This document shows positions 46,571 through 57,048 of a stretch of 64,000 nt of DNA, piece after piece (position 1 is the first letter of the stretch; every line of letters begins with the position of its first letter). This DNA comes from an uncultured Candidatus Saccharibacteria bacterium (lineage in GTDB: Bacteria > Patescibacteriota > Minisyncoccia > Phycocordibacterales > Phycocordibacteraceae). The position numbers and the translations under genes were made by a program. The stretch is taken from contig CAYOCH010000001.1 of assembly GCA_964402535.1 (NCBI GenBank), forward strand, positions 72,286 to 136,285, written 5' to 3'. The notes beneath the pieces were generated by a model that worked only from the letters and a program-made list of their open reading frames with translations, did not search any database and was not told where the DNA came from.

Positions 46571-47482
46571 CTACTTGGCCTGCTTATTCAACAGCGCGTT
46601 GATCCGGTCGGGGATGGGCGGATGGGTCGAGAAGAGCTTCTCGATCCAGTTGCCGCTGCCCTTCCCCTCCGAGCCGAACGGGTCGCCGATAAAGAGGTGC
46701 GCGGTCGCGAGGTTCGCGCGCTGCATCGGCGCGCCGTAGCCGCCGATCTTCGCAAGCGCGGAGGCGAGCCCCTCCGGGTAACGCGTGAGGAGGGCGCCCG
46801 AGGCGTCGGCCAGATACTCGCGCCGGCGCGAGACCGCAAGCTGGATGAGCTTAGCGGCCAAGGGCGCGAGGATGATGCCGACCACAGCGAGCACGATGAC
46901 GACAGCATTGCCGCCCTCGCGGTCGTCGCGCCGACCGCCGCCCCAGAGCGACACGCGCAAGAAGATGTCCGCCACGATCGCCGCGAAACCGGCGAGCACG
47001 ACCGCGACCGTCATGAGGAGGATATCGCGATTCTTGATGTGCGAGAGCTCGTGCGCGACGACGCCCTCGAGCTCGACGCGCGAGAGCATCGAGAGGAGCC
47101 CCGTCGTCGCGCAGACGACCGCGTGCGCCTCGTCGCGCCCCGTCGCGAACGCGTTCGGCGCAGGATCGTCGATCACGTAGAGCTTGGGCTTGGGGAGCCC
47201 GGCGATGATCGCGAGATTCTCGGTCACGGTGTAGAAGTCGAAGAACTCCTCGCGCGAGGCCGGCCGCGCGCGATTCAACGAGAGCACCAGCGTATCAGAC
47301 GCCCAGTAGGCGTAGAAGTTCGTGGCGAGCGCGATCGCGAGCGCGATATAGGTTATCGCCGGGTTGCCGTAATAGTAGGCAACGGCATAGCCGACTGCGG
47401 CTACTACGACGACGAAGCCGAGCACGAGCGCCCAGGTCTTGCGGATGTTGCTTGAGCGTTGTTCGTACAAATTCATAGGCAC
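46571..47482 (-). CDS. htpX: M48 zinc metalloprotease HtpX
   Basis: HELSHIKNRD (HExxH) in TM context. Confidence 0.85.
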   Translation of the reverse strand: MPMNLYEQRSSNIRKTWALVLGFVVVVAAVGYAVAYYYGNPAITYIALAIALATNFYAYWASDTLVLSLNRARPASREEFFDFYTVTENLAIIAGLPKPKLYVIDDPAPNAFATGRDEAHAVVCATTGLLSMLSRVELEGVVAHELSHIKNRDILLMTVAVVLAGFAAIVADIFLRVSLWGGGRRDDREGGNAVVIVLAVVGIILAPLAAKLIQLAVSRRREYLADASGALLTRYPEGLASALAKIGGYGAPMQRANLATAHLFIGDPFGSEGKGSGNWIEKLFSTHPPIPDRINALLNKQAK

Positions 47483-47506
47483 GAGGCGCTAGGCTCTAGG
47501 CGCTAG

Positions 47507-48073
47507 CTAGAATTGGACTTTGACCGGTTCAGCCGCAGCCGCGTCTGCCGCCGCGAGTTCGAAGAGATCCATTGGCTTGAAGCCGAACGAGCCGGCGATC
47601 AGATTGCCCGGGAAGGATTGCTCCGCCGTGTTCAAGGCCATCACCGTCGTATTGTAGAAGCGGCGCGAAGCCTGGATCTTGTCCTCAGTGTCGCCGAGCT
47701 CGCGCTGGAGCTCTAGGAAGTTCTGATTGGCCTTCAGGTCCGGATACGCCTCCGAGACCGCAAAGAGCGACTTCAAGGCACCAGAGAGCTGATTCTCGGC
47801 TTGCGCTTGCGCAGCGGGAGCGGCGCCAGTCGCGCCGATAGCCGCCGCGCGCGCCTTGGTGACGTTCTCGAACGCGCTCGCTTCGTGCGCTGCATAGCCC
47901 TTGACCGTCTCGACCAGGTTCGGGATCAGGTCGTAGCGGCGCTTCAGCTGCACCTGGATATCCGCCCACGCCTCCTTGGCCTGATTCACGAGCGTCACGA
48001 GCCGGTTGTAGGCAAAAATCGCCCACAACACGACGAGCGCGAGCACTATGAGAATGATGGTAGTCGTTGTCAT
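47507..48073 (-). CDS. LemA family protein
   Basis: N-terminal TM plus conserved LemA core (QLKRRYDLIPNLVETVKGYAAHE). Confidence 0.8.
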   Translation of the reverse strand: MTTTTIILIVLALVVLWAIFAYNRLVTLVNQAKEAWADIQVQLKRRYDLIPNLVETVKGYAAHEASAFENVTKARAAAIGATGAAPAAQAQAENQLSGALKSLFAVSEAYPDLKANQNFLELQRELGDTEDKIQASRRFYNTTVMALNTAEQSFPGNLIAGSFGFKPMDLFELAAADAAAAEPVKVQF

Positions 48074-48098
48074 ATGTTCAGTATATCACTGCACGAAA

Positions 48099-48521
48099 TT
48101 AGTAAAACCTGGTCAGGATATAGACCGCGATCGGCACGCACCAGACGAGCCAATCCATGATCCCTTTGCGCCACAGCTGCCGATAGATCTTACGTTGCAG
48201 ATAGAACTCTTGAAATGAGATGAAGAGGATCGCCGCGAGCAAGAAGCCGTAGAGCGCGACCACGCTGCCGAAGAGGTACTGCGAGAGATACGCAGCGCTG
48301 TAGAGGAAGAGGATCGAGCCGGTGAGATGGAAGAGTTGCCGGTACACGGAGAGCCTGAAGCCGAAGTGCCCGTGGCCATAGAGCTTCTGTACTCGCTCGA
48401 GCGCAGCGTCATAGGAGCGGATGCCACGCACCCACTGCCCCGCTACCTCGTTCTTGAACGGGTACAGACGATCGGGTAACACTACGAGCGCGTGATAGAG
48501 GCCGCCTGAGCGCTTTCGCAT
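48099..48521 (-). CDS. hypothetical membrane protein
   Basis: 140 aa, 3 TM helices. Confidence 0.4.
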   Translation of the reverse strand: MRKRSGGLYHALVVLPDRLYPFKNEVAGQWVRGIRSYDAALERVQKLYGHGHFGFRLSVYRQLFHLTGSILFLYSAAYLSQYLFGSVVALYGFLLAAILFISFQEFYLQRKIYRQLWRKGIMDWLVWCVPIAVYILTRFY

Positions 48522-48538
48522 ACGCCTAGTATACTGCA

Positions 48539-50716
48539 GTGGTGAATCCTGAAGACCGCATCGAGCAGCATTTCACCCGGCTCAATCCGGGGCAGAAACG
48601 AGCGCTCGCGAAGCTCGGGATCCGCACGATCAGCGACCTTCTGTACCACTTCCCGGCCCGCTACGAGAGCGCCGGACCAACCGGCACGATCGCCGGCGTC
48701 GCTCCTGGCGCGGACGTGACGCTCTACGGAACGGTGCGTAAGCCGGATGTGCGCAAGACGTGGAAGAGCCGCCGACCGGTCGCCGAGGCGTGGCTCGAGG
48801 ACGCCTCAGGCCGTATCAAGATGATGTGGTTCTCGCAGCCCTACATCGCCAAGACGTTGCACGACGGCATGTTGGTGAAAGTCTCTGGCCGTGTCGCGGG
48901 CGAGGGCGCCAAGATCTACCTCGCGAACCCTGCGATCGACAAGACGCCCGTGCACGCCGAGGACGTCTCGAGCTCTCTCTTTACAAGTGGACATCCGATC
49001 TCCACTGATGAACACGCAGAGCTCTTCCCGATCTACCCCGAGAGCCGAGGCGTCTCCTCGCTCTGGCTCGCGCACGCGGTGAAGCGCGCGTTCGAAGAGC
49101 GCGTGCACGAGCGCCTAGAGGATCCGCTGCCGCACGACATCCTCGCGCGCTACAAGCTGCCCGCGCTCTCGGCAGCGCTCGTCTATATCCACGCGCCCAA
49201 GCGCGAGAGCGATGCCGCCGCCGCCAAGAAGCGCTTCGCTTTCGAGGAGGTCTTTGCGCTCCAGCTCGTGATGCAGGAGCGCCGGCGCGCGCAGCTCAGT
49301 GAGAAGGCGCTCCCGGTCACGGTCGACCGCACGAAGCTCGATGAGTTCGTCGCGTCGTTCCCCTTCCCGGCGACCGCCGCGCAGACGCGGGCGATCGAGA
49401 CGATCGTCGCGGACTTCGAGAAGACGCACCCGATGCTGCGGCTCCTCGAGGGCGACGTGGGAAGCGGTAAGACGGCGGTCGCTGCGGCGACCGCCTACCT
49501 GGTCGCCACCTCGCTCCCCACCGGCCGCATCGCGGGCGCGCTCCAGACCGCCTACCTCTGCCCGACCGAGATCCTCGCCAAGCAGCATTTCTCGACCTTC
49601 GTTGCCTACTTCCGCGACCATCCGATCCCGATCGGGCTCATCACGGGGAGCGAGTGCCGCGTCTTCCCCTCCCGCGTGCGCTACGAGGAGTCGGCTAAAC
49701 TCTCCAAGGCGACATTCAAGAAGCGCGTCGCCGACGGACTGATCCCTATCGTGATCGGCACGCACGCGCTCGTCGAGAAGTCGCTCACGTTCAAGCATTT
49801 CGCTTATGCGATCATCGACGAGCAGCACCGCTTCGGCACGATCCACCGGCAGAAGCTCGCGAAGAAGGGCGACATCGTGCCGCACCTGCTCTCGATGACC
49901 GCGACGCCGATCCCACGCACGTTCGCACTCACGCTCTATGGCGACCTCGACCTCACGCTCCTCGACGAGATGCCGGCGGGACGTAAGCGCGTCATCACAG
50001 AAGTGCTCGACCCGAAGAAGCGCGGCGAGGCGTATGCGCGCGTCCGCAGCGAACTCGCGGGGGGCCGCCAAGCGTACGTGATCTGCCCGCGCATCGATGA
50101 GCCTGATCCGGCCAAGGAGCTCGCGCTACAAGCGAAGTCAGTGAAAGCCGAGGCGGCTCGGCTGCAGAAAGACGTGTTCCCCGATGCATCCATCGGCATC
50201 CTCCACAGCAAGATGAAGCCGGACGAGAAGGAATCGGTGATGCGTGACTTCGAACAAGGCACGATCGACATCCTCGTCGCGACCTCGGTGGTCGAGGTCG
50301 GAGTGAACGTGCCGAACGCGACCGTCATCCTCATCGAGGGCGCCGAACGCTTCGGCCTCGCGCAGCTCCACCAGCTGCGTGGGCGCGTGATCCGCTCCAC
50401 GCACCAGGCATACTGCTTCGCGCTTCCCGAGACTTTCGGCGAGTCGACGCGCGAGCGGATGACGGCGTTCGTGAACGCCAAGAACGGCTTTGAGCTCGCT
50501 GAGTACGACTTGGCGCTTCGCGGCGCGGGCGAGCTCGCCGGCGGCCGCCAGTGGGGCGTCTCTGACATCGCTATGGAGGCGCTGAAGAACATCAAGCTCG
50601 TCGAAGCGGCGCGCACCGAGGCCGCTGCGCTCGTCGAACGCGACCCGGACCTCTCGCACAATGGCGCGCTCGCCCGCCGTGCCTCGCTCGCCGACCGCGA
50701 GGTGCATCTTGAGTGA
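48539..50716 (+). CDS. recG: ATP-dependent DNA helicase RecG
   Basis: wedge domain then SF2 helicase (GDVGSGKT, DEQHRFG). Confidence 0.9.
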   Translation: MVNPEDRIEQHFTRLNPGQKRALAKLGIRTISDLLYHFPARYESAGPTGTIAGVAPGADVTLYGTVRKPDVRKTWKSRRPVAEAWLEDASGRIKMMWFSQPYIAKTLHDGMLVKVSGRVAGEGAKIYLANPAIDKTPVHAEDVSSSLFTSGHPISTDEHAELFPIYPESRGVSSLWLAHAVKRAFEERVHERLEDPLPHDILARYKLPALSAALVYIHAPKRESDAAAAKKRFAFEEVFALQLVMQERRRAQLSEKALPVTVDRTKLDEFVASFPFPATAAQTRAIETIVADFEKTHPMLRLLEGDVGSGKTAVAAATAYLVATSLPTGRIAGALQTAYLCPTEILAKQHFSTFVAYFRDHPIPIGLITGSECRVFPSRVRYEESAKLSKATFKKRVADGLIPIVIGTHALVEKSLTFKHFAYAIIDEQHRFGTIHRQKLAKKGDIVPHLLSMTATPIPRTFALTLYGDLDLTLLDEMPAGRKRVITEVLDPKKRGEAYARVRSELAGGRQAYVICPRIDEPDPAKELALQAKSVKAEAARLQKDVFPDASIGILHSKMKPDEKESVMRDFEQGTIDILVATSVVEVGVNVPNATVILIEGAERFGLAQLHQLRGRVIRSTHQAYCFALPETFGESTRERMTAFVNAKNGFELAEYDLALRGAGELAGGRQWGVSDIAMEALKNIKLVEAARTEAAALVERDPDLSHNGALARRASLADREVHLE

Positions 50717-50719
50717 GTG

Positions 50720-50792
50720 TGCGCCCACCACGACTCGAACGTGGAACCGCCGAGGTATAAGCTCGGTGCTCTAACCATTGAGCTATGGGCGC
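50720..50792 (-). tRNA. tRNA-Ile (anticodon TAT)
   Basis: GCGCCCA/TGGGCGC acceptor, anticodon stem CCGAG/CTCGG with loop CTTATAC. Confidence 0.65.
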
Positions 50793-50875
50793 CCTGAAAT
50801 AGTACACCCGCTTTTTCGGTTTGAGTACCATAGCGCTCGTGCACTATCCATATCTCTGCGCTATAGCGGAAAGAT

Positions 50876-51436
50876 TTGGATGTCTTGTCTAAGAGACAAT
50901 TGACTATACGCGTCAACAGTGCTACCGTAATAAACAGTTTTTGCAGTACATTTTCAACGCAACATGCTTCACCGTTTCAAGGAGAGGAAGACGTGGCAAA
51001 GAATGAGAGGTGGTACCCAAAAAATGCAACGAGCGGGCACCGCAGCCCGCCGATCGCGCAACTCGTGGAGATTCGCGTCCGGGTATCGGCGGGCGGCGTG
51101 CTTAACCTGCCGTTGCCTAGAGCGGGCCGCACACTGATGTCAGATGACGGGGCGTACATCGTCGACACTAAGGACGAGCGGATTCCAGAGCAGGTGGTGG
51201 TCATCTGTCATCGAGGCGCCGACTACGCGCTTAAGGGATGGAAGCAGCATGTCACCGGGAAGCCGATCGTTGTCGTCGACCCAGGCGCCTCGCACGATAT
51301 GCTGTTCGTACCAAAGAGCCGCTGCATCACGCCGTTCATCGACCGCGATTACTGCAAAAAGCCGCATGTTCCGTGCAGCGACGCGAACCACGAGTGCGGG
51401 CGGTGCGTCAACAATCCCAAAAAGAAACAGAACTAA
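50876..51436 (+). CDS. hypothetical protein with Cys-rich C-terminus (start uncertain; possibly MSDDGAY at ~51137)
   Basis: ORF in moderately low-GC region; no family match. Confidence 0.35.
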   Translation: MDVLSKRQLTIRVNSATVINSFCSTFSTQHASPFQGEEDVAKNERWYPKNATSGHRSPPIAQLVEIRVRVSAGGVLNLPLPRAGRTLMSDDGAYIVDTKDERIPEQVVVICHRGADYALKGWKQHVTGKPIVVVDPGASHDMLFVPKSRCITPFIDRDYCKKPHVPCSDANHECGRCVNNPKKKQN

Positions 51437-51487
51437 CCGCGGGAGAAGGCCCGCAACAAACCCCGAGTCATCTCGGGGTTGAAGTTT

Positions 51488-53425
51488 TTAGAACTCGATC
51501 GGGACGATGTTCGCTGGATCCTCTTCCCGCTTCTTCGGGGTGATACCGTTCGCGGCGAGGAGCGTCTCGAACTCCGTGCGCTCGATCGTCTCCTTCTCGA
51601 CAAGCGCCTTCGCGATCGCATCGAGCGCCTTGCGGTGCTCCTTCAATACCTGCATCGCGCGCGCCTTCGCGTCTGCGATGATCTCTGAGACCTCCGCGTC
51701 GATCTCTGCCGCGACGCGCTCAGAGAACGGCTCGTTGCCCATGAGACGCTCGCCGAATGCGATCGGTCCGAGCTTCTTGCTCATGCCGTAGCGCGTGACC
51801 ATGTCGCGCGCGAGCGCGGTGATGACCGCCAGGTCGTTGCTCGGCCCTGTCGTCACGTCATCAAAGAGCATCTCCTCTGCGGCGTAGCCGCCTAAGGTCG
51901 CGGCGATGTCGTCGAGGAACTGCTTCCTCGATTGCATCTTGCGGTCCTCGAACGGGAGCTTGAGCGTGTAGCCGGCGGCGCGGCCGCGGCTGATGATCGA
52001 GATCTTGTGCACCGGATCGGCGGCGGGCAGGATCGAGGAGACGAGCGCATGACCGGCCTCATGGTACGCCGTGAGCTCCTTCTCCTTTTTCGTAAGCAGA
52101 TGCGATTTGCGCTCGGGACCGAGCATCACTTTCTCTATCGAGCGGATCAGATCATATTGCGTTACTTCTTTCCGATCCTCGCGCGCGGCGAGAATCGCGC
52201 CCTCGTTCATGAGCGAGTAGAGCTCGGCGCCCGAGAAGCCCGGCGTACGTTCGGCGATCACCGAGAGCGTCACGTCGGGGCCCAAGGGTTTCGCGCGCGC
52301 ATGAATCTTGAGGATCTCCTCGCGGTCGCGCCGATCCGGCAGATCGATCGTCACACGCCGGTCGAAGCGGCCGGGACGCAAGAGCGCAGGGTCGAGCACG
52401 TCCGGCCGATTCGTCGCCGCCATCACGACCACCTTCTCGGTCGGCTCGAAGCCGTCCATCTCGACGAGGATCTGATTGAGCGTCTGCTCGCGCTCGTCGT
52501 TGCCGCCGCCTACGCCCGTGCCGCGCACGCGGCCGACCGCGTCGATCTCGTCGACGAAGATGATCGCCGGCGCCGCCTTCTTCGCCATCTGAAAGAGGTC
52601 CCGCACGCGGCTGGCGCCTACGCCGACGAACATCTCGACGAATTCTGAGCCCGAGATCGAGAAGAACGGCACCCCCGCCTCGCCCGCGACCGCTCGCGCG
52701 AGCAGCGTCTTGCCGGTGCCCGGTGCACCCATGAGGATGATCCCCTTCGGGATCCGCGCGCCGATGTCGAGGAACTTCTTCGGATTCTTGAGGAAGTCGA
52801 CGATCTCCATGAGCTCCTCCTTAGCCTCGCGCGCGCCCGCCACGTCCTTGAAGGTGACACGCTGCGCCGTGTCAGCCGGGTCGATCACGCGCGCCTTCGA
52901 TTGACCGAAGGTGAACGCCTGCATGCCGGCGCCCTTGACCTGCCGCGAGAGGAACCAGAAGAGCACAGCGAAGAAGAGGAGCGGCAAGAGGATCGGCGCG
53001 AGCGTCACGAACCAGAACTGGAATCCGGACTGCCCCTCGATCGTGATCGCAACCTTCGCGAGCTCGGCGGGCGTGACGCCGTAGGTCGCCAAGGTCTCGG
53101 GGAGCCCGGCCGAGGGATCCTTATGCGAGGTCTTTACGCCACCGTCAGCGTAAGTGACGTTGAGCGAATCGCCGCTCACGGTGATAGAACTGATCTTCCC
53201 GGCCGCGACGTCCGTCGCCACCGTCGAGAGCGGGATCGTGTTCGCGCTCTGCGTGAACCCAGTCACGAGCGAATACACGCTCATGAGGAAGAGGAAGATG
53301 AGCACCGTCGTCAGAAGATTGCCGAAGAACGACGGGCCGCCCGGCGCGAACCCGCGCCGCGTCGGCGGTTTCTTCTGCTGCCTCGGAGCAGGCAGCTTCG
53401 GCCGTTTCGGGGATACTGCCGCCAT
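51488..53425 (-). CDS. ftsH: ATP-dependent zinc metalloprotease FtsH
   Basis: [26 protein letters not shown]+ motif and HEAGHAL zinc site. Confidence 0.93.
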   Translation of the reverse strand: MAAVSPKRPKLPAPRQQKKPPTRRGFAPGGPSFFGNLLTTVLIFLFLMSVYSLVTGFTQSANTIPLSTVATDVAAGKISSITVSGDSLNVTYADGGVKTSHKDPSAGLPETLATYGVTPAELAKVAITIEGQSGFQFWFVTLAPILLPLLFFAVLFWFLSRQVKGAGMQAFTFGQSKARVIDPADTAQRVTFKDVAGAREAKEELMEIVDFLKNPKKFLDIGARIPKGIILMGAPGTGKTLLARAVAGEAGVPFFSISGSEFVEMFVGVGASRVRDLFQMAKKAAPAIIFVDEIDAVGRVRGTGVGGGNDEREQTLNQILVEMDGFEPTEKVVVMAATNRPDVLDPALLRPGRFDRRVTIDLPDRRDREEILKIHARAKPLGPDVTLSVIAERTPGFSGAELYSLMNEGAILAAREDRKEVTQYDLIRSIEKVMLGPERKSHLLTKKEKELTAYHEAGHALVSSILPAADPVHKISIISRGRAAGYTLKLPFEDRKMQSRKQFLDDIAATLGGYAAEEMLFDDVTTGPSNDLAVITALARDMVTRYGMSKKLGPIAFGERLMGNEPFSERVAAEIDAEVSEIIADAKARAMQVLKEHRKALDAIAKALVEKETIERTEFETLLAANGITPKKREEDPANIVPIEF

Positions 53426-53446
53426 AACCCGTACTATACTCTCTGT

Positions 53447-54274
53447 ATGCGCGAAGAGAAAGTGGCGATCGTCACGAGCGGCGGCGGAATGAAGTGCGCG
53501 TACGCGGCCGGCGCGCTTGTCGCGCTCGCCAAGAAGCTCAGTATCACCGAGCCTGACATCTATATCTCCGCGTCAGGATCGGTCGGTGCGATGTTCTACT
53601 ATCTCGCCGGCCAGTACGACAGCATCGAGAGGATCTGGCTGCGCTACCTCCCGTCGAAAGAGGTAGTCAGCCGCTTCCCGCCCGGCTTCGACGTCGATTA
53701 CGTGGTCGACACGGTGATGCGCCGCGAGCTCCCGCTCGATGAGCGCGCGTTCGTCAAGACGAAGACGCGCTGGTTCGTGCCGGTCACTGACCTCGACAGC
53801 GGGCGCACCGACTTCGTCACGAACGGCTCATGGTTCAACCCATACGAGGTGATGCGCGCGGCGAAGGCGATCCCCTTCCTCTACGGCGGCTCGGTCCGGC
53901 TCGGCAGCCATAACTATATCGACGGCGACTTGAACATGAACATGACGAAGCTCATCCGCAAGGCACGCAAGGAGGGCGCGACGAAGATCATTGTCATCAC
54001 GAACACGGTGACACTCTCCCGTATGAACCGCCTGCTCGCCCGGACCTATTCATTCTTCGCGAATCCGCTCATCCGCAAACTCATACAGTATGACCTCAAA
54101 CGGTCGCACTTCGACCATCTCCCGGCCGACGTCGAGCTCTTAGTGATCGGCCCTACATACCCGCTCCCGGCCGGCCTCTACACGCGGAACCGCCGCGCGA
54201 TCGCACAGTCCTATCAGATGGGATGGGACGACCTGCTTGCAAAACGCGAAGATATAGGGAGACTATTCTCATGA
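53447..54274 (+). CDS. patatin-like phospholipase
   Basis: VTSGGGMKCAYAAG (GGGxK/R oxyanion) and ASGSVG (GxSxG); 4-nt overlap with smpB. Confidence 0.7.
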   Translation: MREEKVAIVTSGGGMKCAYAAGALVALAKKLSITEPDIYISASGSVGAMFYYLAGQYDSIERIWLRYLPSKEVVSRFPPGFDVDYVVDTVMRRELPLDERAFVKTKTRWFVPVTDLDSGRTDFVTNGSWFNPYEVMRAAKAIPFLYGGSVRLGSHNYIDGDLNMNMTKLIRKARKEGATKIIVITNTVTLSRMNRLLARTYSFFANPLIRKLIQYDLKRSHFDHLPADVELLVIGPTYPLPAGLYTRNRRAIAQSYQMGWDDLLAKREDIGRLFS

Positions 54275-54714
54275 GCCTCGTCGAAAACAAGAAGGCCCGC
54301 CTGAAGTACGCGGCGCTCGAGGAGTTCACTGCGGGGTTCGAGCTATTCGGAACGGAGGTGAAGGCGCTCCGGAGCAAGCTCGGCTCATTGGACGGCGCAC
54401 GTGTCGTCGTGCGCGGCGGCGAGGCCTTCATCGTTGGCATGCATATCCCGCCCTACCAGGCTGCGAACGCACCGAAGACCTATGACCCGGAGCGCACCCG
54501 CCGACTCCTCCTCTCGAAGAAGGAGATCGCCGAACTCGCCGCGGCAGAATCGAAGAAAGGCTTGACAATAGTACCGTTTGAGGTATATACTAAAAAGAAC
54601 CTCGTGAAAGCGCGCATCGCGATCGTTCGCGGCAAGAGCAAGACCGACCGGCGCGAAGATATCAAGCAACGGGATGCAGCGCGTGAACGTAGTAGAGTAT
54701 TGAAGAGCCGGTAG
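54271..54714 (+). CDS. smpB: SsrA-binding protein
   Basis: KYAALEEFTAGFELFGTEVKALR...KARIAIVRGK SmpB pattern; GGGAG RBS. Confidence 0.9.
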   Translation: MSLVENKKARLKYAALEEFTAGFELFGTEVKALRSKLGSLDGARVVVRGGEAFIVGMHIPPYQAANAPKTYDPERTRRLLLSKKEIAELAAAESKKGLTIVPFEVYTKKNLVKARIAIVRGKSKTDRREDIKQRDAARERSRVLKSR

Positions 54715-54765
54715 TCCCGATCAGTCCGGAATTCCTAATTCCGTATTCGTAATTCTGTGTTGATC

Positions 54766-55168
54766 GGGGGTGACCGGCTTTGACGGTCTGTCCTTTGAAA
54801 GACGTGCGACGCAGTGCCCGCTCGACGACACTTTAATCCGACGAGCAACCAAACTTGCCAAGAACACTCTTGCAAGCGTGAAGTCCCCGTACTTCGGTGC
54901 AAAGGACTTCGCGTTCGCGTACGCGGTCGCCTAACGGCCACTCGCCTGCGCGACATCTCGCTCTCCGGGCTCCCGCAGCCGCGGGCTGAGGTGGAATGGT
55001 CTGCAGGATCTATGTCCGGCCTCCCGCCCGGCGCATCTAGATCAGGGATCGGAGCGGAACGGTTTCGTCTTGATTTCCACGCCCGCTCTTAAATCCAATC
55101 AAGCCTACGCGTCGTAGAAACGCTTTCAAAGCCAGATTCGGACTCGAGTTCGACTCTCGACACCTCCA
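54766..55168 (+). ncRNA. ssrA: tmRNA (SsrA)
   Basis: 5' GGGGGTGACCGGCTTTGACGG, 3' T-arm TCGAGTTCGACTCTCGA plus acceptor CACCTCC-A; putative tag reading frame ...AKDFAFAYAVA-TAA; immediately downstream of smpB. Confidence 0.85.
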
Positions 55169-55286
55169 CTCGATATGCGCGGCCGCCCAGAGGGCGGCCG
55201 CGCGTTTGACTATGGCCCGGACATTCCGTATCGTACGAGCCGAACCTAGCCATTCCGGCAGAGGTACTAGTTCTTTAGGAGGAGCA

Positions 55287-55928
55287 ATGGATCGATTCGC
55301 ATCGCATGAGGAACGGGGTTTGCAGCGACAGCTTGCGCTCGCGCTCTTCGACACCGGGGCGCTCTGCATTGCGGCGTCGCCGACGCGGTCGCTGTTTTCA
55401 TTCCCGCCAGACGCGCTCTATTCGCCTGCACTGCTCGGCCTCGCCTCGCAGTGCATCGACAGGCTGCAGAAGCGGGTCTGCGACGAGAACCGCGACCCGC
55501 TCACGTTCAGTGCGGTCGCGGGCGTCCCTGACACCGGGTCGACCGTAGCAACCGCGTTCGCAGAGCACATCGACGTGCCGTATCTGCCGCTTCGCAAGAA
55601 GGCCGGCCGTAAGGATTGCGGGTTCCACCTTGCCGGTCCGGCGCCCGCACGAGGACGCAAAGTTCTCGTCGTCGACGCCATCGTCCGCGAGACGGAGACG
55701 AAGCAGGCTGCGGACGCACTCCTCGGACGAGGGCTCTGGGTCTCGGACATCGTGACGCTCATCGACGGGACGAAAGACGCCAAGCTCGAGCTCGGGATAT
55801 GGGGAGCCTTCAACCTGTACGCGGTGTTCCAGGTCGGACCGCTGCTTACGATGTATCGCGAGGCGGGTAAGATAGGCCATGAGCAGCATCGCAGCCTGCA
55901 GGCGTTCGCAGCCACGATGTACGCATGA
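55287..55928 (+). CDS. phosphoribosyltransferase-fold protein (PyrE-like, PRPP motif degenerate)
   Basis: LALALFDTGALCI N-terminus resembles OPRTase; VLVVDAIVRETE in place of VLVVDDVxTTG; strong AGGAGG RBS. Confidence 0.5.
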   Translation: MDRFASHEERGLQRQLALALFDTGALCIAASPTRSLFSFPPDALYSPALLGLASQCIDRLQKRVCDENRDPLTFSAVAGVPDTGSTVATAFAEHIDVPYLPLRKKAGRKDCGFHLAGPAPARGRKVLVVDAIVRETETKQAADALLGRGLWVSDIVTLIDGTKDAKLELGIWGAFNLYAVFQVGPLLTMYREAGKIGHEQHRSLQAFAATMYA

Positions 55929-56056
55929 CCGTTCTTCCCACGACAAACAACAAAAGCCGCAGCTGTTGCTGCGGCTTTTTTAATGTGACGTTCATAGTGC
56001 ATTCATTACTATTGCGCCGGAACGTCGAGCAGTTCTTTCAATTCAACCTATAGGGC

Positions 56057-56932
56057 ATGCACATGAAATGGTTCGCGGTTCTCTTGTTTCTCGTATTGGC
56101 CTCACTGTTCCCGTGGGCCGATGCAGATGCAGCGGCCGCGGATGTTCCATCGATGACGCGACATCTTGTCGTCAAAGACGAGTGTTTGTCGGTCATCGCG
56201 CATCGGTATCACGTCAAGATGCGCTTAATCCTCGCGCGGGAGGTCAACCCCGTATTGTGGAGGCGCAACAACCCCGATCTCATCTACGCGGGCGAGACGA
56301 TCTCGATCCCGAACGCGCAGAAGGTCGCGGCGGCACCGGTCACCGTACGCGTCGCTGACGCGGCGGTGGCTGATGCGGGAGCGGCAGCGGAGGGAACGTT
56401 CGCTACGCCGCCGCTCAAAATGACGACCACAATAACGGTGAATGATGCCACCCCTAAAGCGCCGGCACCGGTTCACACCCGCGACATGTCTGGTGTCGTC
56501 ACACCAGCCCCCGCAATCGATCAGGCACCGACGCTGCTGCCGTCACAACCGACTCGCGCGACGCCTGCGCTTGAGATGACGACCAGGATCACTGTGTCGG
56601 AGGAGACACCGGCTGCGCGGACTGAGCGGGATGAAAAGTACGCCGATCCAAAGAAGCCGAGCAAGAAGACCGGCAAGCACTCTATGGAGAAGCCGGCCGA
56701 AGGGGCGCACGATTACAACATCCTCGGCCGTGCGATAAACGGGCTCATCGCCGCTGGGATCATATTCATCTTGTACCATATCAGCCTCGCTCCATCGATC
56801 ATGCAGGGCGCGTCTAAGGCTGAGCTTGCGAGCGGACCTCCGGGCGAGCCGCCGACGCCTGTCGCGAAACCGCGCGATCCCGAAACGGGACGGGACAGCG
56901 AGCTTCCCCGACAAGCGCTCTCCACTGCTTAA
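56057..56932 (+). CDS. secreted LysM-like protein with internal repeats and C-terminal TM anchor
   Basis: signal peptide, LysM-like block (DECLSVIAHRYHV...YAGETISIP), duplicated KMTTTITV/EMTTRITV units. Confidence 0.45.
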   Translation: MHMKWFAVLLFLVLASLFPWADADAAAADVPSMTRHLVVKDECLSVIAHRYHVKMRLILAREVNPVLWRRNNPDLIYAGETISIPNAQKVAAAPVTVRVADAAVADAGAAAEGTFATPPLKMTTTITVNDATPKAPAPVHTRDMSGVVTPAPAIDQAPTLLPSQPTRATPALEMTTRITVSEETPAARTERDEKYADPKKPSKKTGKHSMEKPAEGAHDYNILGRAINGLIAAGIIFILYHISLAPSIMQGASKAELASGPPGEPPTPVAKPRDPETGRDSELPRQALSTA

Positions 56933-57048
56933 CGAGATCGGACGCGATCTCTTACCCGCCGCAGCTCAGAACTCGAGACTCATGCTGCGATGACGGATGA
57001 CTCACGGCCGCCCCTGGCGGCCGTTACTGTATCCGGTATCCTCTCGAT

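Noticed and set aside
54814-55092. 92-aa ORF
   Set aside because: Lies entirely within the tmRNA gene.
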